64,000 nucleotides of DNA from an uncultured marine group III euryarchaeote (GCA_902533295.1 CACALG010000001.1:19048-83047), one strand, 5' to 3'. Shown: positions 10,990-22,128, numbered from the stretch's first letter. Numbers and translations are program-made. The notes: generated by a model not told the origin, from the sequence alone.

Positions 10990-13900
10990 TTAAACCTTAA
11001 CTTGAAATTGTTGCCCAGGCTGTAATCCAGCAGGTATTGCAACAGTTACAACACGACCATCTGGTGCCTTAATTTGAATCTGCTGTCCTGGTTGTGCTCC
11101 AGCAGGTACTGCTACATTCAGAACGGTTCCTCCAGGAGCTGGTGCAGGCGGAGCTGCAGGTTCAGGGGCAGGTGGTTGTTCTGGAACTGGTGCAGGAGGT
11201 GCTGCTGCAGGTTCAGGGACTGGTGGTTGTTCTGGAACTGGTGCAGGAGGTGCTGCTGCAGGTTCAGGGACTGGTGGTTGTTCTGGAATTGGTGCAGGAG
11301 GTGCTGCTGGTGGTTGCTCAGTTATTGGAGGTGCAGCAGGCGGTTGTTCTGGTAATTCACCACCGAAAGCATCCAGTGAATCTCCAGAAGACTTAGATCT
11401 AGAATAGAAAAAGTATCCAGCTCCAGCTCCAACTAATACTACAGCTCCTGCCCCGGCTAAAACGATTGGATTAAATGATTCTGATGATCCTCCCCCTGTA
11501 ACTTCACTTTCTTTGAGTGTTCCTGAAACAGCTATTTTTACGATTTCAGAATCATCATTTAGAGCATCCTGTGGGCCCAATGCAGGTATTACACTATCTC
11601 TGTTAATTCTAACTTTTAGAGTTAGTTCACCATCATAAGGATCTGGTAATATATGTATTATTTGAACTTCAAGTGAACCAAAACCATCTATTGTAAAGTT
11701 TCCATCATTACCAGGATAAGTATCATCGTCCAAAGTGACTACAGAACCAAATTCTAACAATTCAAGAGTTCCACTAGCTGAAGCTCCCCCTTCGTTTGCC
11801 AAAAATATTTTTAGAGTAACCTCATCTCCTTCGCCAGCATTCATAGGAATTGCCATGAGACTTGTGATTGCGAGACTTGGTGGAGTGGAAATTTCCACTC
11901 TATTATTTGTATCAGAGAAAATAAGTTCCTCTGAATCCCAAAATTGCTCTCCACTATTTTTAGCATTGATATCTCTGATTGATAACTCAAATGTCCAGAA
12001 GCCTGTAAAATCAGAATTTCCACCAGATAGGAAAGAAACTGAAGGATAATTCTCATTAAAAGTGATTATTGTCTCTTCATTAGCAGGTAATTCTATGGAA
12101 CCATAACTGTCAACAATACCTGCAAAATTAACTTGGAGGTCTTTTCCAGATTTTGTAAGGCTAATTTCAGCATTTGCAGTTACATCAAAAGAACCTTCAT
12201 TCATTACATGGATTTTTGCATAAGCAATTGAACCATCACTAAATGAGACAAGTTCATTGCCATTCTCATCCTCCCAAACAATCTGAGTAACTATCAAATT
12301 AGGCAATTTTTTAATATCAATATCAACTTCTTCATCAAACAGTACACCTTCTTCAGAATCTTCTAACATTATATACAATTTTTCTACATTAGCAGTAGGT
12401 GTGATCTCTCCTTGGAAAGTTTTTGTCTCATCTACATCAACTTTTGTTTGAGGCTCAATAGTTATGATATTGTCTTCATCATCACTATCATCCCAATACA
12501 AAGTAGTTGTAATCTCTCCATATTTTTCACCATCATTCTCAATTTCTAAACTCCATGTATTCGCTATTCCTTCAACAAGCATATCTCCAAATTCAATATT
12601 GTAAGTAATATCGGGAGATGCAGATGAAACCAATATTGATTGTGAAACACTATCTTCGGCACCCTGACTACTGTCTTCTGGTAAAGAATCTACAATTTCT
12701 GCAGTTATTGTGTGTTCTCCCTCAGGTATATCTCTCCAGGTTGTAGTCACTGTTTTAGATTCCCCTCCTGTTACTCCATCTATATTAGCTGTAGCAATCA
12801 AATCCCCTCCATTTCTGAATTCTACGGTTACTCTTGCATCACCTTCCCCGTCATTTGATATGACTGCTGAAATAATTACATCATTACCTTCCACTAATTC
12901 TCCGGAAAATGATAGATCATCTATTGATAAATCTGCATCAGTAGTCAAGATATTTAGATCAGTAAGTTTTACTCTTCCAGGAGTTTCAGAATTTAATTTT
13001 AGTATTGCTTCAGCTTCCAAATCATCACTATTCTCTATCACTGCATTAAGTGCACTGACTAGCCCATTTGTACTGACGTGAATCACGGCATCATATTCAA
13101 TACTCAATTCACTAAAACCTACAGTACCTTTAGATGAACTACCCACAGTCATTACAATTTCAGTCATTTCTACACCATATTCATCAACAATAGTGTCACC
13201 ATTGTCTATTGCATCTTGTAATGCTTCTTGTAGGGCATTTTTCAAAGATTTTATTCCACCGGATTCACCCCATGTTTGCGGAGAATTTTCACTGTTTAAT
13301 TCACCAGCCCATTCCCAATCATTATTATTTGTAATTTTAATGTATGGATCCTCTGGGTAATCATCACTAAGAGTGCTTCTTACATAGATATTTTTGTCCG
13401 TATCCTCGCCACCAGAAATATCTGTTTCTTCAGTAAATGCAAAGTATGTTTTATCTCCAACTACCATATCCATGCGGTGATATTTTGCAACTAGTTGCTC
13501 ATTGTCATAATCAGTAATCTCGAAGCTGTCAGACCATGAACCTCCATCATCCTGGGTAAAAGCGAAATAGTAATCATACGAGCCTCCGGAAGCATATTGA
13601 TATGAAATATATGTAAAACCAGAACCACTAGCAATACTTGGTAATGCAAGCGTAGTACTAGTATCGGTATCTATTGCAATTGTAACATCGTTCCATGTTT
13701 CTCCATTGTCATTGGATACTGCCCAAACAATATCATAATCACTTGAACCATCTCCATCATAATCTCCACTGTCTACCCAAGCTACATACAATTTTGATCC
13801 TTCAGCACTAATAACGGGAGTATATGAGTAATAAGCAGTTGTTCCTTCATTTAAATAGACTAAATCAGCCCAGGAACTTCCATCAGTACTATATGTGTAA

Positions 13901-16197
13901 TACAAAGATTCACCATATGATGAATCACTCCAAACTAAATGGAATTTTCCTTCATTATATAATATTTCAGGCATATAATTTAGGCCAGTTGTGTCTCCAC
14001 TTACCAGGATAGCATCATCCCATGAGCCACCACCATTAGTTGAACTGACTGTGTAAATATCATATGTATACGTATTTGTCCATGAAGCAACAATATTATT
14101 ATCATCATCTGATGTAATAGTTAAACCATATTTTACTCCCGTGTTTCCACTATCTATTTTTTCAGGTGATGTCCAATCTTTACCATTATTTGTTGATTTT
14201 GTGTAGTAAATTGAGGATACACCAGTATATCCGTTATAATCTGTCCACGCCACATGTACATCATCTCCAGATGCAGTGATATCGGCTCTATATTGTAATG
14301 TTGTTGAAGAATAATCTAAATCTGTAGCATGATCATCATCAAAATTAGAGAGAACACTAAGTTCTTCCCATGATTCTCCACCATCATCCGATCTTGTGAA
14401 ATATACATCACCATCTCTTGTAGACTGATCACAACCGTTTGTGTCATCTTCCTGATCTAAATCACCATTATCAAGATAAACAAGATACAAATAATCATTA
14501 GAGTAAGCGATACTTGGACTACCAGAGTCTGCCTCATAATAATGTTCGGAAATATCCTCTATATCAGACCATGTAGAACCATCATTACTACTAACAGAAT
14601 AAACTATATCTTGGTCGTTTGAAGCACCACTTCCATCATATTCATCTGACCAAACTACAAGAACTTCATCAGAATTTGCAGTGATAGTGGGTGATGCTCT
14701 AAACTCATTCACATCGCCATTACTAATTCCGTCAACATTAACTGGTGAATTCCATGAACTTCCTGAATTCGCACTCCGTACAGACATTATTTTACGTGGA
14801 GAATTAATATCGTCGATATCCATCCATGTCATATAGAAATTATTGCTCCCATCATTGTCAGATCCTAAAAATGAAAAACTGGATCCATCTGCTGCTTGAA
14901 TCACATTTTCAGAACCAAAACTTGTGCCAGAATTAGATGATGTTTTAGATTTTATTGCATAACCATCTCCTGTAAGTTCAAGCCATCCAATAATAACATT
15001 AGATCCTTGTGCAGAAATTGTTGTTTCAGTGACAGTCTCATCTGAACTTATAGTGCCTGGCGAGCCAAAAGTTTCGCCTCCATCTGTAGAACGTGCATAT
15101 TCTGCTGCATAGTAAGATTGAGATTCATAGTATTGTTCCCAGCTGATGTGTACATTGTTTCCGCTAAGGGCTATTTGAGCACCAATACTACTTGAACTAT
15201 CTGCATCTGAAATTAATATTTCATCGTCCCAAGATTGCCCTAAATCATCTGATTTTTGATAATAGATGTGGTATTCATCATTACTACTCTCTTTGAGAGC
15301 AGACCAAACAATATGAATGGTCCCATCACTACTTACAGCTCCATCGTAATCATAGATAATGTAATGCGAACTACCTGGTTCTATTTGCTGTCCAGTAGAC
15401 CATGTTTCTCCCTCATCATCACTATAGGAAGCTTCAATGACTTCACCACCTGTGTCTGATATCCAGGCAATAACGGCATGATCATCATTTGCATGAATGA
15501 GAACATCGCTAAGAATAGCGCTTGTTTCAGCTCCATTTGTAGCAATAAGTACTATATCATCCCAATTACCATCATAATATCTAAACTTAACAGAATCAAT
15601 AGTTGTATCTCTATCGGTCAAGTCTCCATCATCAATCCATGCTACATAGTAATCATCATCTAGCATAGATACTACTGGTGCACTCGAAGTAGAACCGCCA
15701 TTTGTGCCTATTGAGGCTTTATTATAGTCATTTAATTCACCAGATCCATAAGGTAAACCAGTTATTTTGATAGAGGCCTCATTGATTGTAGTATTCGTAG
15801 GAAGATATAGTGATACCTCTTCTTCACCACTGCCTGCAAACCTTGCGGATGCACCTTTAGCATTACTAGAAAATTTTTCCTGATAGCCTAAAGCCCCATA
15901 TCCAGTTCCATCATATTTCCATTCGTAATTTTTAACACCTAATGATAACCCTTCAGGATATGAACCATCACTATCAGGCATACCTGAAAGGCCAATATTA
16001 GCTTCTAAAACTTCTGTAGCAGGAAATTTAACAGAAACACTAGAATCCTCATTTTCACCATCTAAAGTAACTGTCTTTTCATCACTGCCATTACCTTCTT
16101 TGTAATAGGTTGTTGAGGTTTCCCCAAATACAGATGAAGTACTACTGAGCAAGAGAAGTGTCACGGCGAAAGCCACGACTTTGTTTTCAAACATCAT
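10990..16197 (-). CDS. giant secreted surface protein (1735 aa) with many BNR/Asp-box (SxDxGxTW) repeats, a C-terminal TM anchor and a proline-rich cytoplasmic tail
   Basis: Signal peptide; at least 12 Asp-box motifs (SDDEGETWS, SDDLGQSW, STDGGETF, SNDGSTW, SDDGGESW, STNNGKDW ...); TM IVLAGAGAVVLVGAGAGYFFY followed by 17-aa Pro-rich repeats. Confidence 0.6.
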   Translation of the reverse strand: MMFENKVVAFAVTLLLLSSTSSVFGETSTTYYKEGNGSDEKTVTLDGENEDSSVSVKFPATEVLEANIGLSGMPDSDGSYPEGLSLGVKNYEWKYDGTGYGALGYQEKFSSNAKGASARFAGSGEEEVSLYLPTNTTINEASIKITGLPYGSGELNDYNKASIGTNGGSTSSAPVVSMLDDDYYVAWIDDGDLTDRDTTIDSVKFRYYDGNWDDIVLIATNGAETSAILSDVLIHANDDHAVIAWISDTGGEVIEASYSDDEGETWSTGQQIEPGSSHYIIYDYDGAVSSDGTIHIVWSALKESSNDEYHIYYQKSDDLGQSWDDEILISDADSSSSIGAQIALSGNNVHISWEQYYESQSYYAAEYARSTDGGETFGSPGTISSDETVTETTISAQGSNVIIGWLELTGDGYAIKSKTSSNSGTSFGSENVIQAADGSSFSFLGSDNDGSNNFYMTWMDIDDINSPRKIMSVRSANSGSSWNSPVNVDGISNGDVNEFRASPTITANSDEVLVVWSDEYDGSGASNDQDIVYSVSSNDGSTWSDIEDISEHYYEADSGSPSIAYSNDYLYLVYLDNGDLDQEDDTNGCDQSTRDGDVYFTRSDDGGESWEELSVLSNFDDDHATDLDYSSTTLQYRADITASGDDVHVAWTDYNGYTGVSSIYYTKSTNNGKDWTSPEKIDSGNTGVKYGLTITSDDDNNIVASWTNTYTYDIYTVSSTNGGGSWDDAILVSGDTTGLNYMPEILYNEGKFHLVWSDSSYGESLYYTYSTDGSSWADLVYLNEGTTAYYSYTPVISAEGSKLYVAWVDSGDYDGDGSSDYDIVWAVSNDNGETWNDVTIAIDTDTSTTLALPSIASGSGFTYISYQYASGGSYDYYFAFTQDDGGSWSDSFEITDYDNEQLVAKYHRMDMVVGDKTYFAFTEETDISGGEDTDKNIYVRSTLSDDYPEDPYIKITNNNDWEWAGELNSENSPQTWGESGGIKSLKNALQEALQDAIDNGDTIVDEYGVEMTEIVMTVGSSSKGTVGFSELSIEYDAVIHVSTNGLVSALNAVIENSDDLEAEAILKLNSETPGRVKLTDLNILTTDADLSIDDLSFSGELVEGNDVIISAVISNDGEGDARVTVEFRNGGDLIATANIDGVTGGESKTVTTTWRDIPEGEHTITAEIVDSLPEDSSQGAEDSVSQSILVSSASPDITYNIEFGDMLVEGIANTWSLEIENDGEKYGEITTTLYWDDSDDEDNIITIEPQTKVDVDETKTFQGEITPTANVEKLYIMLEDSEEGVLFDEEVDIDIKKLPNLIVTQIVWEDENGNELVSFSDGSIAYAKIHVMNEGSFDVTANAEISLTKSGKDLQVNFAGIVDSYGSIELPANEETIITFNENYPSVSFLSGGNSDFTGFWTFELSIRDINAKNSGEQFWDSEELIFSDTNNRVEISTPPSLAITSLMAIPMNAGEGDEVTLKIFLANEGGASASGTLELLEFGSVVTLDDDTYPGNDGNFTIDGFGSLEVQIIHILPDPYDGELTLKVRINRDSVIPALGPQDALNDDSEIVKIAVSGTLKESEVTGGGSSESFNPIVLAGAGAVVLVGAGAGYFFYSRSKSSGDSLDAFGGELPEQPPAAPPITEQPPAAPPAPIPEQPPVPEPAAAPPAPVPEQPPVPEPAAAPPAPVPEQPPAPEPAAPPAPAPGGTVLNVAVPAGAQPGQQIQIKAPDGRVVTVAIPAGLQPGQQFQVKV
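11130..11335. repeat. tandem 51-bp repeat (~3.5 copies) encoding a 17-aa Pro-rich unit (PVPEQPPVPEPAAAPPA) in the cytoplasmic tail of the 1735-aa protein
   Basis: Direct repeats ctggaactggtgcaggaggtgctgctgcaggttcagggactggtggttgtt with period 51. Confidence 0.7.
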
Positions 16198-16248
16198 AAT
16201 CCTAATAAGAAGCTAGTACTTTAATATAGTTTCACTAATGAGAATTAG

Positions 16249-16986
16249 ATGACTGAACAATACCACATGAATTCCCATGAAGGCACATATACTAGGGAAT
16301 TTGAGGCTAAAGTAGAGGCTACATTCCCAGGCATCATCGAACTAGATAAGACTGCATTCTATCCATTGGGAGGGGGCCAACCCTCAGATATTGGAACAAT
16401 AACTTGGAATGAAGGAGATGCAAATGTTACTGATGTGAGGAAAAAAAATCGAATTAGGCACATTGTAGAAGGAGATTTACCAGAAGTTGGAGATTCCATA
16501 AAAGGTAATCTTGACTGGTCACGAAGATATTCACATATGAGAATGCATACTTCTCAACATTTAGTTTCTGCTGTAGTGAATGAAATATATGGTTCAGATA
16601 CCGTAGGAAATCAGATAGGAAATGAGAAGTCTAGAATAGATTTTAAGCCTTTAAAAATAAACCAAACTGAGCTTAATGAAGTAGAGGACAAAGTCAATGA
16701 TTACATATCTAAAGACTTGAAAGTTACTATATCTGAGGAATTACGGTCCAATTTAGAAAATAATCCAGATATCCGTTCAAGTATGTCTAGTGGTCTTTGG
16801 AAAATGTTACCGAAAAGTGTTACAGAATTAAGAGTAATAACCATAGGTGATATCGATGTTTGTCCATGCGCAGGCACTCATGTAAAAAGCTTAAAGGAAA
16901 TAGGTAATGTTTCTTTTATTAAAAGAGATAATAAGGGTTCTGAAAAATTAAGATTAACATATAATCTAGGCGATATCGACTCTTGA
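16249..16986 (+). CDS. alaX: alanyl-tRNA editing protein AlaX (AlaRS editing-domain homolog)
   Basis: Zn-binding HxxxH (HTSQH) and CxxxH (CAGTH) editing-domain motifs; 245 aa. Confidence 0.65.
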   Translation: MTEQYHMNSHEGTYTREFEAKVEATFPGIIELDKTAFYPLGGGQPSDIGTITWNEGDANVTDVRKKNRIRHIVEGDLPEVGDSIKGNLDWSRRYSHMRMHTSQHLVSAVVNEIYGSDTVGNQIGNEKSRIDFKPLKINQTELNEVEDKVNDYISKDLKVTISEELRSNLENNPDIRSSMSSGLWKMLPKSVTELRVITIGDIDVCPCAGTHVKSLKEIGNVSFIKRDNKGSEKLRLTYNLGDIDS

Positions 16987-19900
16987 ATTTGTAAGGCCCT
17001 CTCTGTCCTTTTGTTCATACATCATTTTAATTTCTACAGAAGTTGCAGCATTACTTTTTTGTTGCATTTTTAGTTTAAATTGTACTTCGTTATATGAAGA
17101 TATATCACCCACAATAAACGAGTTATCTGAGAATGAATAATATACATCTGGATCTATACCTACTAATCCTAAGATGCTACTATTGAATTCTGGACTTATT
17201 TTACAACTACTAATAGTTTCAGATGAATAATTACTGAGATTTACGTTCAAAGTTATATTTGTACCGAGTTTTTCGTATGATGATGTAATAACAATTTCTT
17301 TTTCAGTGAAGTAATTGTCAACCATTTCTCTTGTAGATGCAATTGTTTCATCAATTATTGGGTTCAGATAAATTTTTACCTGCTTTACACTCTCGGCATC
17401 TCCATTCCAATTTGCTAGGGTTGGATTAATTGTTTCTATAGCTCTAACGGCATTAATCAGCTTCCCTTTGAACATATTATCTATTTCTCCATAAATTACA
17501 GCAGCAAGATAGGAATGTTCTCCTCTCTGTAGAATGATTTTATTATTACCATAGTCTATGGAACCCAGATCTCCTTCAGTTTGAAATGAGTCTTGAACAA
17601 AATCATTGATTGCTGTGAGCATCCCGCTCATGATATCTGTATCAGTTTTAACTTCAACAGCACTAACATTTCTAAGAAGCCTTCCATCTTTGTAAATTAA
17701 ATATAATTCTTCAACTTTATACTTAGCAATAGGTTTTGATTCAATAATAGATACATTTTCATCTAATTCTTCTTTCCTAGATCGGTATAGTAAAACACCA
17801 CCAAACATTAAGAAAAGAAGACTTATACCTATAGTAGCAGGTAAAATTTCTTTCATTCCAAATTGATCAGTTTCTGTACCTGAGGAACTATATAATTTGA
17901 CTACTTCTTCCATACTTACTGTTTCATTATTAGAATTGCTAATGTGACCGAATTCATCTTCTATTGTGATTCTATAAAAATAATCTCTGTCTGGACTTGG
18001 ATTCTTATGAATCCATTCATAATAACCTTGTTTACAGGAAGTTTCCATACCAACTCCTATTATTTCTTGTGTGAACCATCCACTATCTGAAGCAGGTAAT
18101 TCATCAGCTACCATTTGTACTTTACAAATAGCGGCATCTTCAGGAATAACAAAACCTAAAACCAATTCTGTAGCATTAGTATGCGATATTGCAACATTTG
18201 TAGCTTTCTGAGGGTCCTCTGTAAATACTTCAAAAGTTAAATGAACTCCTGAATAATCAATTTTTATGTTGTTATTACCTGTAATATCCTCAGTTGGTAC
18301 AAAACCTCCATTTGAAGTTCCACCAAATTGAATAGTCTTATTGATTATATCTAAATAATATTCATCTACTAACAATTTATTTTTGTTCATTCCTCTAACT
18401 AATGCTTTTTCATATATTCCATCTAAATCATTATCTACACTAACATTAAACCAATGGATATCATTAATTGCTGGAATATATTTCAAATTGAAACTTTGAT
18501 CATATTGCCCATTGGAACTGAAATATTCAGTAGTATCTAGTGGATTCTCAAGATTGCCTGCAAGATCACGACTTTCAGCATACAGGAAATATCGTGTATT
18601 ATCTTGCAAGTCCTGTAATTTAATTTTATCATCAGAGATATCATGAGGTAATAAATACCAAGTTAATAGATCATTACCTTTCTCTATAGTCTGTATTGCA
18701 ATATATATCTTATAATCTAGATTTAGATTATCTGTATCTATGAAGATTTCTAGATAATCATATCCCCATTTTTGAGGTACATTTGAGAAAGAAATGGTAT
18801 CTACTTTCGATGCATAATTCATTATTATATCATATTCTTCTTTATCCTCACTATTTCCGGCATAATCACTAGCCAGAATTTTAAATGCATAATGACCTAA
18901 TTCATCAAATTCATAAATATAGTGCGTGTCTCCATAAATATTTATTGAATCCAGAGCTGTCCAAGTAACTGAATTAGGATCTAAATTAGCATTTGTAAAA
19001 TTAGAATAGGAAACCTCTAGAGTATTATACGCAATATCATCTGCACTATTCTTCCACGATAAATCTATTTGACTATTGCCTATGAAATAATAATCCTCTT
19101 CAAAATTCAAAAGTTCGGTGGAAGGTATGGATGTATCAATCTTAACTTGATACTCGTAATTATTCTTATTCTCTGTGTTTCCATAAATATCTCTAGCTAA
19201 TGATCTAAACCGATATTCCTTACCATCTTCGCCAGTAAACAATACAATTGATTCTGTAAACGTGCCATATTCTTCCCATTGGGCAAATTTATCATTTACT
19301 ATATACTCAATAATATATTCTTTGAAATCATTATCATCATTCAAAAGAGATATTTGTAACTCAATAGATTCTGAATTAATTAATCCAGTTCCGGGAATTA
19401 TCTCTGATTGTGGTGATGTTGTATCCAATAATGCTAAAAGTGTGTGATTATAGGATAAATTTTTGTATATTTCTACCATAATGTCATTATTATAATAAAT
19501 AATTCTTATGGGATTATAATTAATTTCATTTTGATCGGCAGCTTTGCTAATTACATTTATCATATAATAATCGGAAAAACCATAGTTATCAGTTTGTGAA
19601 TCAACCAGTTTACTTCCAAAAGAATTTTCGATATCAAAACCATGCTCTCTTGAACCAGTGCCCCGCTCATCAGCTATATTAATTTGCAAATTGTAGCGGA
19701 TCAAATAATCAGTATCACGACAATTAAAATCATTGTTTTGTAAAGTAGAATCACTGTCAATTAAGTCCAAACAAAAATCTCCTTCTGAGAATATATTATT
19801 ATCTATTGATATAGTACTATTAAATGAATAAATAGCTTTTTCAAAATCGTTAAAGACATTGTTTAAAATATTTATATCTGATCTATAAGAGCTTACTGAT

Positions 19901-22128
19901 TGTGTATTATTCGTTAATATATTATTTGAAATTCTTCCTTCACTATTATTTGCAGTTATAGCTATTTCCGAAAAATTAATAATATTGTCTTCTAAGTCAA
20001 AATCTGCAAGAACGACAGTTATAGATTCTCTAAAATTCGTTATTATATTATCACTAACTTCGACTTCACCTTCCTGCGAAAAAATACCTACTGCAGCAAC
20101 TTTTTGTAAATAAAGAACATCACATCTATCATGTGTGCATAATCCGGTTACATTATTATTAACTATTTTACTATATGTCCTGTTACTAAGAATACCATAA
20201 TCATTTACATGCAATATATTATCTTCAATAAGTATAGGAAACGTACTATCCTCAAATCCTCCTACTTCGATACCCACTGCCGAACTTAATGTATTATTTT
20301 TAATTATAGTTTTTGGAATATAATATGCATAAATTCCTGATAATTGTGATTCAGGACTCATGTTTGTTTGAACTGTATTATTTGCAATATATCCTTCTTC
20401 AACATCTCTGAACATTATGCCAGCACCATCGATAGAATGAACAAGATTATTTGTTACATGTATATTATCAATTGTAAATGCTGAACCAAACTGAGTATAT
20501 GCAGATATTCCATTATATTTTATATTTTTGAGTGTGTTATTAGCGACAATACCATTTGATATGTCGCCAAAACCATTATCATATATCCAAATTCCTATAG
20601 ACGCATTATCAATATAATTATCCACTATAGTAAAATTTTTGTAGAAATTCCAAACCGTTATTGCTCTTGCTGATGTATTAGTAATATAATTTGAAATTAT
20701 ATGATTATCAGTTCCTACATCATTATATACATTTTCAAAATCAAGCGCTATTGGAAAGTCATTATCATTGATGGTATTATTTATTATATAATTTCCAGAA
20801 GGTGATATACCTCCTTCAGGCCAACCCCAAAGTCCTATAGCTTGCCATCCTATTTCAAAATTATTATTTCTTATAGTATTATTGTTCTGAAATGAATTAA
20901 TAAAAATAGCAATTGTGTAATTTTCAAAGTAATTATTTTCGATTAAATGACCTCCACCATAATATTCATCTGTATCAAAATCCCAGAACCAGAAAATCAT
21001 ACAACTATGCCCCCAATAGGGTTGTTTAGACCCGCAATTTATGAATGTATTATTACTGTATTCATTTCTATTTCCTGCACGATCCATAAGATTGTGCCAA
21101 TATACGCCAGAAACATTGAATATGTTGCGGCTAATTATATTGTCATCTGTAGCTTGTAGAGACATATCATGTATTGTATTATTTAGAAATTGGTTATCAA
21201 TTATTGTATGATTACTGCCTTGAGTTATAGTAAGCGTACCTCTGCCTCCCTGTCCATTATCCTTGTAAATATAATCTCTAAAGATGTTACCACTAATTAG
21301 ATTATAATTCCCATAGGAAATAGTTACACCTAATGTACCGTTAATGAAAGTATTATTTTGTATTAAGGCGTTCTCTCCTGAGACAAACAAGTCATAGAAT
21401 ATGTAACTATTATAAATCGTGTTATTAATAAATCTAAAATTATCAGTATAAGCACTAATTATTCCAATCATATCAAATGTGGAATTAGTTATGTAAGATC
21501 CAGCTCCAGTAAATCTTAATGCCTTTACATACTCAAAATCAGAATTCTCAATAATTACCCTAGTATTAGGAATTCCTGAGCCTGGCTGATTATTTACTAA
21601 TCTGCCTACTTGAACAGTATAATCTAACCTCTCTGTGTAATTCCCTTTACCAATTATATTAGATTTAATAACGGAACGATCATTACTAGTTGTCGGATTC
21701 AAATCATAATCTGTAACAATTAGTACAGAATTCTCATTTAAATCAAGACAATTAGCAGTTATTTCACTATTCTTTTGAATAGAATCAAGTATTAATTCAG
21801 AATTAATTATGGTCAGTGTACTGTATAATGATATATTGTCACCATGTGAATCTTGTTCATGAAATACTGTAGAATTAATCCATCTGGTTTCTCCTCTAAT
21901 TTCAATGAAACCTTTTGATGATAGAGAAACGTTTTCAAGTTTCAAAGTCTTACCAAAATTAACGACAATATCTTTGACTGAGACGTCCTCATCCCAAACA
22001 TGCGTGTCTTGAGTGATAATCCAATCCTGACCCTCTTGGGGTGCATTTCCATTTGAACCTGCTGAAGCATTTCCAGTACTGATTACTATCGCAGTAATTG
22101 CGATTAAAAGAAATGCTGTTTTCTTCAT
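16966..22128 (-). CDS. giant secreted surface protein (1720 aa) with parallel beta-helix repeats, a C-terminal TM anchor and a cytoplasmic Roadblock/LC7-like domain
   Basis: Signal peptide; long run of N-rich beta-helix-like repeats (NNT..N..I); TM ILPATIGISLLFLMFGGVLLY near residue 1350; C-terminal ~130 aa homologous to ORF 1..477. Confidence 0.6.
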   Translation of the reverse strand: MKKTAFLLIAITAIVISTGNASAGSNGNAPQEGQDWIITQDTHVWDEDVSVKDIVVNFGKTLKLENVSLSSKGFIEIRGETRWINSTVFHEQDSHGDNISLYSTLTIINSELILDSIQKNSEITANCLDLNENSVLIVTDYDLNPTTSNDRSVIKSNIIGKGNYTERLDYTVQVGRLVNNQPGSGIPNTRVIIENSDFEYVKALRFTGAGSYITNSTFDMIGIISAYTDNFRFINNTIYNSYIFYDLFVSGENALIQNNTFINGTLGVTISYGNYNLISGNIFRDYIYKDNGQGGRGTLTITQGSNHTIIDNQFLNNTIHDMSLQATDDNIISRNIFNVSGVYWHNLMDRAGNRNEYSNNTFINCGSKQPYWGHSCMIFWFWDFDTDEYYGGGHLIENNYFENYTIAIFINSFQNNNTIRNNNFEIGWQAIGLWGWPEGGISPSGNYIINNTINDNDFPIALDFENVYNDVGTDNHIISNYITNTSARAITVWNFYKNFTIVDNYIDNASIGIWIYDNGFGDISNGIVANNTLKNIKYNGISAYTQFGSAFTIDNIHVTNNLVHSIDGAGIMFRDVEEGYIANNTVQTNMSPESQLSGIYAYYIPKTIIKNNTLSSAVGIEVGGFEDSTFPILIEDNILHVNDYGILSNRTYSKIVNNNVTGLCTHDRCDVLYLQKVAAVGIFSQEGEVEVSDNIITNFRESITVVLADFDLEDNIINFSEIAITANNSEGRISNNILTNNTQSVSSYRSDINILNNVFNDFEKAIYSFNSTISIDNNIFSEGDFCLDLIDSDSTLQNNDFNCRDTDYLIRYNLQINIADERGTGSREHGFDIENSFGSKLVDSQTDNYGFSDYYMINVISKAADQNEINYNPIRIIYYNNDIMVEIYKNLSYNHTLLALLDTTSPQSEIIPGTGLINSESIELQISLLNDDNDFKEYIIEYIVNDKFAQWEEYGTFTESIVLFTGEDGKEYRFRSLARDIYGNTENKNNYEYQVKIDTSIPSTELLNFEEDYYFIGNSQIDLSWKNSADDIAYNTLEVSYSNFTNANLDPNSVTWTALDSINIYGDTHYIYEFDELGHYAFKILASDYAGNSEDKEEYDIIMNYASKVDTISFSNVPQKWGYDYLEIFIDTDNLNLDYKIYIAIQTIEKGNDLLTWYLLPHDISDDKIKLQDLQDNTRYFLYAESRDLAGNLENPLDTTEYFSSNGQYDQSFNLKYIPAINDIHWFNVSVDNDLDGIYEKALVRGMNKNKLLVDEYYLDIINKTIQFGGTSNGGFVPTEDITGNNNIKIDYSGVHLTFEVFTEDPQKATNVAISHTNATELVLGFVIPEDAAICKVQMVADELPASDSGWFTQEIIGVGMETSCKQGYYEWIHKNPSPDRDYFYRITIEDEFGHISNSNNETVSMEEVVKLYSSSGTETDQFGMKEILPATIGISLLFLMFGGVLLYRSRKEELDENVSIIESKPIAKYKVEELYLIYKDGRLLRNVSAVEVKTDTDIMSGMLTAINDFVQDSFQTEGDLGSIDYGNNKIILQRGEHSYLAAVIYGEIDNMFKGKLINAVRAIETINPTLANWNGDAESVKQVKIYLNPIIDETIASTREMVDNYFTEKEIVITSSYEKLGTNITLNVNLSNYSSETISSCKISPEFNSSILGLVGIDPDVYYSFSDNSFIVGDISSYNEVQFKLKMQQKSNAATSVEIKMMYEQKDREGLTNSRVDIA

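Noticed and set aside
11074-11396. Plus-strand ORFs of 93 and 100 aa with striking internal repeats
   Set aside because: They are antisense translations of the 51-bp tandem repeat inside the 1735-aa minus-strand gene, not independent genes
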